Assembly: GCA_051530055.1 (NCBI GenBank)
Contig: CM121342.1
Span: 3,657,489 to 3,721,488, forward strand
DNA length: 64,000 nucleotides
Reading direction: 5' to 3'
DNA from: Neoechinorhynchus agilis
Lineage: Eukaryota; Animalia; Acanthocephala
The notes beneath the pieces are model-generated. The model did no database searches. It was not told the origin of the DNA and was given only the letters and a program-made list of their open reading frames with translations. Below, piece by piece: positions 47,862 to 58,561 of the stretch. A program made the position numbers and the translations under genes. Position 1 is the stretch's first letter; each line of letters begins with the position of its first letter.

Positions 47862-48666
47862 ATGTTAAACTCATCATCTTCGGAAGAGAACTTCCAAAAT
47901 TTAATTTACTATAAAAAAGTCAAAACCGACATTCATTATCGACGAACCAGCTTTTTGAGTGAACAATTTCCATATTGCGACCGATGCAGATACCCGATCC
48001 TCGGGGATCACGTTCCCTTAGAGGGAAAACTCTTTCTTCACCCTCGATGCTTCAAATGCGACTACTGCACTCGACCACTGTCCACCTCGGCTAATCTTGG
48101 AAGCCACAATGTGATCCTATGTGATGCGTGCTTTAGCCGTATCTCTCCAGAATCCGACCAAACAAACCAATGTTATCCAAACGAATCGTTCAATTCCACC
48201 CCTCAATACACACAACCAATACTCACATCCTACCACCAACAGCCGATCCAACTTTCTCAACCAATACGGACGAATATATTGCAATATACGACGACGATGC
48301 CGCCGCCTCCTCTAGCTTGGCCATCTCGTCCATTTCATTGTCCATCCGTGGACGATAATCACGATAACAAAAACATGCGGAAAAAACGAACCTTCTTCAC
48401 ACCACAACAAAAGTTTTTATTAAAAGAAGCTTTTCAGCAGGATCCATATCCAACGTTCCATGTGATCAGCGCTATCGCCGACAAAATAGGTGAGTGGAAT
48501 TCATCGTTGTGATCGTTTTTTATTTAAAACAAAACACGTTTGTTTTTATCTTTAAAAAACAGGTATTTCGTGGGAACGAATCAGAATTTGGTTTCAAAAC
48601 GAACGAGGAAGGCAAAATGTAAGGAAAACCAAGAAACGGGCGATGCGGGCTGTTGAGCTCGCATGA
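47862..48666 (+). CDS. Divergent LIM-homeobox protein (single LIM domain), two exons (47862-48489 + 48563-48666)
   Basis: LIM CDRC...HPRCFKCDYC...CDAC. Homeodomain KKRTFFTPQQ...DPYP...IG|ISWERIRIWFQNER, across a canonical 73-nt GTGAGT...ACAG intron. Confidence 0.85.
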
Positions 48667-48786
48667 AAACGCTAATCAGATCTGAACAAACAAAATGTTT
48701 TCAATATTCTGCGCACTTTAAGTACATTTTGTGGCTACTACTCACTATACACTCCTCACGCAACGAAATAAATCCAATCGTGGTCA

Positions 48787-51632
48787 TTATTGGGTTTTCT
48801 CTGATTGAATGAAAGTTTCAGCGGGTTCAAAGGTTTCGGAAGTGAACTCTTCTTGCATGAGGAGAGTACCGACAAACGATCCAGTTGAGAAGTTTTCAAC
48901 TTCTTCAATTTCTGTTTGGTGCGTCAAGGTTTCAGCTTCGATCGAAATAATTTTAACATCATTCGAATCTGTAGCATTTGTTGTCGGTAAAATTGTAGCT
49001 CCAATTAGTGATTCTGAATTAGTTTTATATTGATCAGTCAGATCCGTAGCTTCATCATTACATTCAAATTCAGTTGAGAGATTTGCGTTGTTCAAAATAT
49101 AATTTGTTGAAATCCCGTCATTTTCCGTGATGAGAGGTTCAATAAATATAGTCGAGGAATAGTTCGTCATCACGAATTGAGCATCCATCTCTTTTGTTGT
49201 CGCGATTTCTATAGGTTCTGACGATGATTTGTCCGGATCTTTTGTACTGAAATCGTGTACCAATTTAAATTCTGGTTGGTTTTGGCCATTATCATCAGTC
49301 GAAATAAATTTTGTTTCTGTCATAAGTAAACAGTCGACCGTTGAACTGTGATACTCACTAGGAACCAGTTTATTGTCCGTCGAAACCTTGACGGTCTCAG
49401 TATAAAGATCTGGCTCGTGCTCTGATATCAAAGTAAAGTTAGTCTCAGTGTCATTTTCAATTGCATTTGTTGCCATAATCGAATTAAATTGTGTCGCCAA
49501 ATCAGATGCTCGGCTAAACTCATGATCCATTTGAACGGTCGTTTTATTCAACGTTGATTCTGGCCTTGTACAATTCTCCGTTCCCGGTTCACAATCATCA
49601 CGAAGATGTCGGCGGACACTTTCACCATAACTATTATTTTTGACAAGAAAAGGCGTATTTAACTTCCTGTGTCTTAGGCGTTTAATCTTCCTTTTGCTTT
49701 TATATGGTCTTCGCCTTCCATGGTAACGTCCACGAAGTGCCATCGGAATCGGTTTCAGTACTGTAGTTGTGTTTAAAGCAATGCATTTCGGACCAGGCGT
49801 CCATTGTCCATTAGACAAACACTCAATCAGCAACTGACCAGTGGATTGATCATGTACTAGGGGTAAAATACATTTTATTTCGATTGACGATCCAATCTTG
49901 ATTGCATCTTGATTTCTTTTTGTTCCATGCAACTGGATTTTGATGATGTGGTAACTGTCGTACTTTGGAAGGATTTCGTAAAGCTGCAGAAGGTTACAAG
50001 TTGGTCGGTCTAAACTAAACATTAAAAATGAAATTAGTTTTGGCTGAAAAATTTAGAATCTCATCGATTAAAAAAAGAGGGATCTAAATCAATGTAGCAA
50101 TAATTCACCTGACCTTTACAAATCGGTCGTCCAATCCATTGACCATTGTTGCACACAACTGTATCTAAGCTGTCGATGGGTTCTTTATCTTCATCTTTAC
50201 ATTTAAATTGATAATAACCGTCGAATTTCCCATCTTCGTATTTGAATAACTTGTGACCTAGTATAGTTGTTTGAACAAAGTCAATCGGGGGTTCGTCGTT
50301 GCATCTGAGGAGATAAGGATGATTCGGTTTCATTTGACAGCCAATATGTTGACTCCACGATCCGTTCGACAAACACTCTATCTTGAGTGGTTCTTCGAAA
50401 GGGTTCATGTAGAGATCGTCGCATTCGTAGATGACATAGGATCCCTCAACGTATGATTGGAGGCTATCGTCGAATGGCGTTAGATCTTCTTTGATGGTAT
50501 GTGCGAATATTGGAGTTCGGAACTTTGATTGGTCGCAAACTGCGCGTTCGACTAAAATGAATAGGGAATGAGAAACTTTTTTTAGAATACGTTCTAAAGT
50601 CGATGAGTCGTCAAAAAACAACGATTATGAGCTCGAACAGAAAATTATTTCAAAGATGGTAAATGAAAAGCGATTATCACATATTTTAGTTCCTTTTCGA
50701 TTTCTATAACACTATAATGATTCATTCCAATAAATTTTGAGTCTTTTAAGGCTTAAAGACGTATAGAAATATGACTTTCTTTAAGTTTCAAAGTAGCACA
50801 CTTGGTTAACTAAACGATGTTCATTACTTGCTTAGGTTTAAGAACAGCATCGAAAAAAAATTAAAACGTCGTCATTTTTGGGTCAATGGAAAAATCAGAA
50901 GTTCACTTAGAATTTACAAATTGATACAAAAATAAAGATAGTTTTAGAATTCGAATTTAATTATGGGAAATTGACCCAATTACTTTTCGATGGTTATCAA
51001 AAAAAACGGCGATTCACTTACGTATGCATTGTGGTTTTCTTGTCCAAGTTCCATCTGATTCACATGTAATTCGGAGTGGTCCACTGGTTGTTAGATGCCT
51101 GAAATTCTGCTTACAAGTAAATTGAATAAAAGATCCAGGCAAAATCGCACTAATATTTCTCTCATTAACGAGCAGTTGTTCTTCGACGCTCTCTGCATGG
51201 TCTATTTGGGTTATTAGACCTGAGACGCTGCACCTATTTTGTGCTGAATACAAATGGCATAACCTGTTGACTACTCTAGGTGATTACCATACCTTCACAA
51301 TATGGCGGGTCAGTCCATTGTCCGCCGGTACAAACAATAGTTTCGTTACCAACAAGTGTATAGCCCAGATTACATCCGAATCGAATTTCTCCCAAATATC
51401 CACAACATTCTAGTCTGACAGCGCCATAGAAGTCGATATGGCCATTTTGAATGAACCGAGGTGGTTTTTTACAAAAGTGTTCTAGATTATGGAGTTCTCC
51501 TAAGGGAGAATGAATTAAAGAACCATGGGGAACAAAGAGATTACCTGTTTCCGATGTTGATCTCAAGATTATCACAAACAAGATTAATAGTCGTCCTTGG
51601 TGGTTCGTCGACGAGTGCTGTTTCTTTGACAT
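48787..51632 (-). CDS. Secreted CCP/sushi-domain protein with Ser/Thr-rich tail, five exons
   Basis: Signal-like N-terminus and four to five CCP modules (C...C...W...P.C). GT-AG introns at 51544-51500 (45 nt), 51292-51271 (22 nt, tentative), 51021-50552 and 50113-50010 all give in-frame joins. Confidence 0.82.
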
Positions 51633-51995
51633 ATGAGGATAGCGGATATCTGCTGGACGGGTGTGGTCCCAACGGCAATGATATCTTCCTTCAGACTTCT
51701 TTTTTCCCTTGTTATTTGTGTGGTTATGATGCAACACCAAAAAAGCGAAAAGACATAATTCCTGTTTGCTTTTCTTATATCCAAGATAATCTTCGATCTG
51801 TCATATTTTGTCGTTAAGAGAACGCAATGACAGCGAGGTTTCGTGAGGAAAATCAAGGTAGAGAAATGTAGCACAAAAGCTAGTGTGCCACTTAAATAGA
51901 ATGTGTGCGTACGAATGATGTGGTGGTGGTGGTATGAGATATTGGTTAATGTACCATTTTTCTCAATTTAAATCAGTTTTAAAGATTAAAGCAGT

Positions 51996-53682
51996 TTAAT
52001 GTGTTGGAATGTGTCTTTTTTTTCCTTCAGAGGTAGCCATATCAAGGCCAACTAAAGCACTCTCCCGTACTACCCGGTTATCATCTTCCAAGTGGCGACG
52101 GAGCGCAGCGATGCAATCATCAGTCGCTACTGAACCGAGTGAAAATCCAGCTTCATGCCTTACCACATAATGTTGCTTGCGATTATCAATCATCCGAATG
52201 AGCGCATCCGCTGAATCTGGATCCCCGAGTTGACCGAGCACAAATGCAAGTTCGTGCCGAAACAAAGCATCGCCAGTCTCAATGCAATCACATAAACATT
52301 GAAGAGCCAGGGCATTATTTTCAGATGCCAGATCACGGAGAGCGAAAATAGCTTGGTATTTGCCTGTTGGGTAATCAATGTCCTCTACAATTATCCTCTT
52401 TAGTTCTAACGGGTCCTTTATTGTGTGAGGAAGAGCTGGATCGTTCGTGTTGAACTTTGAAACACTCGGTGTCAGAAAAAGGTCTTCTGTCATCTTAGAC
52501 GATATTCAGAATGACTACCAATCTCGGCCATTTTAGAAGATACACTGGGAACAATCATAGCAAGTTCGTAAGAAAACAATAAACTGACAATGTCGATATG
52601 TGAGAGGAGGTACCGGGGGGGGAATGTGATTAGAGAATTATTATGGTTAGAAGTCTACACCCGCGCGGCAAATGATTATTTCGATTAAAAGACGTTCTGC
52701 GAACCTCATAACTGATGATGAACCCCTTACAAGGTTCGCAAAACGTCTTTTTAATCGAAATAATCATTTGCCGCGCGGGTGTAGACTTCTAACCATAATA
52801 ATTCCAGAAACAGACAAAATTCTGACTGCTAACCACTTTCCGGCGTGAAATAGTGGGAAATAAATTAGTGAATTTTTGAATTCAACTGGGTGGCAATACT
52901 AAGAAAAAAGACTACAAAGTAACAATCATGTCCTTATTACATCAAGAAATATCAAAAATATTGAGACAATTTCCTGAGTAGAGCAGTTAGAATAATGGGA
53001 AGTCGACATCTTCGCAAATAGTGGAACCAACTAAAGCGGCGCCTATCCATAAAAGGTTTAAAGCTTTCCCAGTGGAGAACTGGATATTTTGAGTTTCAAA
53101 AAAATTTCATTTTGATCTGAAACTGCTTTTTAAATTCGCAGAATTTCTTTGTCCGTGAGCACGGGAAGATTGTCGATGTGGATTTGTTTTTTAAAATCCT
53201 CATAGAATAAAATACATTGAAACGACTACAGCCAGTCCAATTTTCCACCAAAAAAACAAAGACCTTCATCACAAAGTGTCTTTCCTGCTAAGTATTCTTT
53301 TAACAGCTAATCGACAAGTTTCACGAACTAGAACATCCGAATCGTCAACATAATCTTCAACAATACGTCTACGATCGTCTTCTAGAAGTAAAGCAAGAGC
53401 TTCACCTGCTTCGTGTCTTACCATTGGATTCTCACTTTCGTCTTTAAGTAAAGCAATAAGATACTCAGTGGCTGCTTTGGCGTCCATTTGTCCTAAACAA
53501 TAAGCACATTCGTGTTTTAGAAGAGCTGAAGGTTCGTCCTTCATTGTGTCTTTGATTGAACAAACAGCCAGTTCATTATTACCAAAGTTTCTTAAGGTAA
53601 ATAGAGCTCGAAATCGAATGCAAATGGATTCGTTCTTGTCTTGAAGGGTCTTTGCAGCTTGTTTTATCAGCTCGTCGTTCAT
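51996..53682 (-). CDS. DOHH: Deoxyhypusine hydroxylase, two exons
   Basis: RFRALFTLR, SALLKHECAYCLGQM, MVRHEAGEAL, ALFRHELAFVLGQL, VVRHEAG, VVRES: all four HE iron-binding motifs, split between two ORFs at the inter-domain linker. Confidence 0.93.
52503..53292 (-). other. Putative non-canonical intron (ATA|CTTAGCAGG...TCTGAATA|TCG), 790 nt
   Basis: GAATA direct repeat. CAGGAAAGAC (53287-53278) pairs with GTCATTCTG (52515-52507). A canonical GTGATG...CCGAG intron would also be in frame. Confidence 0.5.
52635..52804. mobile_element. Near-perfect palindromic MITE-like element (arms about 70 bp) in the DOHH intron
   Basis: GAATTATTATGGTTAGAAGTCTACACCCGCGCGGCAAATG... and its reverse complement ending ...CCATAATAATTC. 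Confidence 0.88.
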
Positions 53683-54199
53683 CAGATCTTAAATGACCAG
53701 TGGTCCCAATAAATAAGAATAACAAAACGTGATTGTTTCATGCTTTTTGTGACACAAAAACCGAAGCAGTCACTATTTTCTCATTGTTCTCGAGAAAATG
53801 CAATTTCTACGCTTTCAAATATTACAAAAATGCATACTGCATTGCTTTTTAAGAATGTTGGACGTCCGAAACAAAAATGATTAAAGTCTACCGATTCAGC
53901 GATCAAATGCAAATATTCAAGTTTAAATTCAATACAAAACATAGGCAACTTTAGAACATCTCTCAAAAGAAAATATTTTTTATTAATCAGAGTTGCTGTG
54001 TTTTACTGTTGATTCTATTTTAGAGATACAAACATTCCGGAAAGTAGATCTAATTAAAAAATCAAGCTGAGGAGAGACATTTTATTAAAATATTTCCGTG
54101 TACAAATGTGATGAATACTCTTTAGAGATTACCGAGTGTAGCACAGCGGTTCTAATGTTGATGATAAAACAATTAAATTCGAAGAAAAATTTAAACCTT

Positions 54200-57150
54200 C
54201 CATTCGTTCCATCATATTAAAAATGGCTGAAGGGATTCTTCTTGAATTTTAAATAAAATATTTCTACATACAAAAAAATATTTAAACATTGATTTCAAAT
54301 CAATGGAAAAATAAGCTGAAGGGATTAATCTTACATTTTAAATAAAATATTTTTATATACAAAGAGAAAATATTTAAAAATTGATTTGACATCAATATAA
54401 AAATTAGCAGAATGGATTAATCTTAAATTTTATTTAGATATTTCTATATACAAAGGTTAAATATAAAAAAAATTGATTTGACACCAATACAAAAATTAGC
54501 TGAAGGGATTATTCTTAAATTTTAAATAAAATATTTCTATATACAAAGAGAAAATAATGAAAATTGATTTGACATCAATAGGAAAATTAGCAGAATGGAA
54601 ACATCTTAAATTTTAAATAAAATATATCTATATACAAAGAAAAAAATATTTTAAAAATTGATTGACATTAATATAAAAATTAGCAGAATCGAGAAATCTT
54701 AAATTTAAATGAAATATTTCTATATACAAAGAGAAAATATTTAAAAATTGATTTCACATCAATAGGAAAATTAGTAGAATGGAGATATCTTAAATTTAAA
54801 TAAAATATTTCTATATACAAAGAGAACATATTTAAAATTGATTTCACGTCAATAGGAAAATTAGTAGAATGGAGACATCTTAAATTTCAAATAAAATATT
54901 TCTATATACAAAAAGAAAATATTTAAAAATTGATTTCACATCAATAGGAAAATTAGTAGAAGGGATTCTTCTTTAATTTCAAATAAAATATTTCTATATA
55001 CAAAGAGAAAACATTTAAAAATTGATTTGGCATCAATAGGAAAATTAGCAGAATGGAGACATCTTAAATTTTAAATAAAGTATTTCTATATACCAAGAGA
55101 AAATATTTAAAAATTGATTTAACATCAATAGGAAAATTAGCAGAATGAAGACATCTTAAATTTTAAGTAAAATATTTCTATATACAAAGAAAAAAATATT
55201 TTAAAAATTGATTGACATTAATATAAAAATTAGCAGAATCGAGAAATCTTAAATTTAAATAAAATATTTCTATATACAAAGAGAAAATATTTAAAAATTG
55301 ATTTCACATCAATAGGAAAATTAGTAGAATGGAGATATCTTAAATTTAAATAAAATATTTCTATATACAAAGAGAAAATATTTAAAAATTGATTTGGCAT
55401 CAATAGGAAAATTAGCAGAATGGAGACATCTTAAATTTTAAATAAAGTATTTCTATATACAAAGAGAAAATATTTAAAAATTGATTTAACATCAATAGGA
55501 AAATTAGCAGAATGAAGACATCTTAAATTTTAAGTAAAATATTTCTATATACAAAGAAAAAAATATTTTAAAAATTGATTGACATTAATATAAAAATTAG
55601 CAGAATCGAGAAATCTTAAATTTAAATAAAATATTTCTATATACAAAGAGAAAATATTTAAAAATTGATTTCACATCAATAGGAAAATTAGCAGAATGGA
55701 GATATCTTAAACTTTAAATAAAATATTTCTATATACAAAGAGAAAATATTTAAAATTGATTTCACGTCAATAGGAAAATTAGTAGAATGGAGACATCTTA
55801 AATTTCAAATAAAATATTTCTATATACAAAAAGAAAATATTTAAAAATTGATTTCACATCAATAGGAAAATTAGTAGAAGGGATTCTTCTTTAATTTCAA
55901 ATAAAATATTTCTATATACAAACAGAAAATATTTAAAAATTGATTTCACATCAATAGGAAAATTAGAAAAAGGTATTCCTCTTGAATTTTAAATAAAATA
56001 TTTTTATATACAAAGAGAAAATATTTAAAAATTGATTTTACATCAATAGAAAAATTAGCTGAAGGAATTCCTCTTTAATTTTAAATAAAATATTTCTATA
56101 TATAAAGAGAAAATATTTAAAAATTGATTTCACATCAACAGGAAAATTAGCTGAAAGGATTAATCTTAAATTTTAAATAAAATATTTCTATATACAAAGA
56201 GAAAATATTTAAAAATTGATTTCACATCAATAGGAAAATTAGCAGAATGGAGACATCTTAATTTTTAAATAAAATATTTCTATATATAAAGAGAAAATAT
56301 TTAAAAATTGATTTCACATCAATAGGAAAATTAGCAGAATGGAGACATCTTAAATTTTAAATAAAATATTTCTATATATAAAGAGAAAATATTTAAAAAT
56401 TGATTTGACATCAATAGGAAAATAAGCTGAATCGATACATCTTAGATTTCAAATAAAATATTTCTATATATAAAGAGAAAATATTTAAAAATTGATTTCA
56501 CATCAATAGGAAAATTAGCTGAAGGGATTAATCTTAATTTTTAAATAAAATATTTCTGTATAGAAAGGCAAAACCTTAAAAAAATTGATTTGACATCAAC
56601 AGGAAAATTAGCTGAAAGGATTAATCTTAAATTTTAAATAAAATATTTCTATATACAAAGAGAAAATATTTAAAAATTGATTTCACATCAATAGGAAAAT
56701 TAGAGAAGGATACATCTTAAATTTTAAATAAAATATTTCTATATATAAAGAGAAAATATTTAAAAATTGATTTCACATCAATAGGAAAATTAGCAGAATG
56801 GATACATCTTAAATTTTAAATAAAATATTTCTATATATAAAGAGAAAATATTTAAAAATTGATTTGACATCAATAGGAAAATAAGCTGAATCGATACATC
56901 TTAGATTTCAAATAAAATATTTCTATATATAAAGAGAAAATATTTAAAAATTGATTTCACATCAATAGGAAAATTAGCTGAAGGGATTAATCTTAAATTT
57001 TAAATAAAATATTTCTGTATAGAAAGGCAAAACCTTAAAAAAATTGATTTGACATCAACAGGAAAATTAGTAGAAGGGATTCTTCTTTAATTTCAAATAA
57101 AATATTTCTATATACAAAGAGAAAATATTTTTTAAAAATTGATTTGAACA
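54200..57150. repeat. Very AT-rich tandem array, about 92-bp unit x about 32
   Basis: TTCACATCAATAGGAAAATTAG recurs at 92-bp spacing (e.g. 56221, 56313). Copies near 54.2-54.7 kb are more diverged. Confidence 0.96.
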
Positions 57151-58561
57151 TTCACATATAAAAATATTAAAGCAGAATACCGATAAACTACTTTTCCATT
57201 TAACCTCTTCAAACTTCAATGTTAAATTCCAAGCATCATTTGGGAAGCTCATTTTTCGGAGCTCCTTTTTTTTGTGGAGCAACAAAGAAGGAACGGAGGT
57301 GCTAGGATTTTAAGTCGTTCTTTCGCGCGTGAGAGTTACGGATGTGCGGTTTTTCGTGTTTTAACGCAGTTTAGAATGGCGCTTGTAAGTTTCTTAAAGG
57401 GGATTCACTTTTTAGTGCAGTGTTGTTATTTTTTTCTCTTTTTTTATTGATTTGATTTGAGATTTGACGTCCCGGGGACTGAGATAACGAAAGTTTCTGT
57501 GATTGTTCAAATGCTTTCAAACGATAATTTTGAGCTTTGCATGGGTCACAATTGGTCAAGAAACCCAAATGGACATTCGTCGATACTCGATCAGCATTCG
57601 TTATTGTCCGATTCACATCTTCAAGTTCGATATCCGAATTACACGTTATCTTTTTTGAGGAACTCCATAGCGATTGCTTGTTTATGGCGTAAAATTTTTT
57701 AATGACTTTATTGATTGTTTTATTTGGCGTACAAAAGAATCAAAATGATTTTATATTCAAAAATTCGATTGGTTTCTGCACAATCTCGTACGCGTTTATT
57801 ACAAAAGGTCGTTTCACAAGTAATCGAATTTTTTTGAAAATAAAATCATTTTATTTCTTTTCTACGCAACATAAAAAACGACTTGATGAACAATTCAATC
57901 TTTAAACAGAATTTATAAAAATTCGGATATTTCGGAGGCACAATCTCGTCGGTCCTTATCACAAGGTTAAGCGTTTTATTCGCTTGTTCTCATAAAAACT
58001 TCATTTTTTGCTTGTTTATGGCGTAAATTTTTTTAAGAATTTATTAGATAAGCCGAAAACAGTAAGAATCAATAAATTCTTTTTGTTTTTACGTCCTTTA
58101 ACAATCATCATAATAGCTCTATCTTCAAACACTGGCATTGAGCCAATAAAAGATTTAAGCATATCCACTTTGAATTTTTTTTAAAGTTTTTAATCAAAAA
58201 ATCCTATCGGACCCAAAATTGCAATATTTCGTCAATTTCGTAGACTTAAACTTTGGTGTTCATCGAGAATATCTCGGCTTAATTTTACACATTTGTAGAA
58301 CTTCATCATCGTCCATATTTCTTTTTGATAAGTCGTTTGTTTTATTTATGCTTCATTAATGAACAAATAGAATGTTTTTCTCGGATAAGACCCATTATTG
58401 CTGATATCGTAAGCTTATTTTCTAGGTAACAATACTTTCCCATGGTTTTTTGGAGCAGTTTTTCGACGTCTTGATGTGAGAAGTTCACAAGTGGAAGGAA
58501 AATTTTGTTTGATTGTTTGCTGAAATCCTGTTTCTGACCATGAAATTCCGCCCCTTTAAAG

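Noticed and set aside
52482-53277. Alternative DOHH join through the AAGAC repeat with AAGGTCTT/AAGACCTT pairing
   Set aside because: It is in frame, but the 3-prime stem arm would straddle the junction and it does not follow the TA/ATA pattern of the other cases. Kept only as a lesser alternative.
57371-57905. ORFs between the 92-bp array and SerRS
   Set aside because: Short overlapping ORFs on both strands with no motif, splice support or convincing start.
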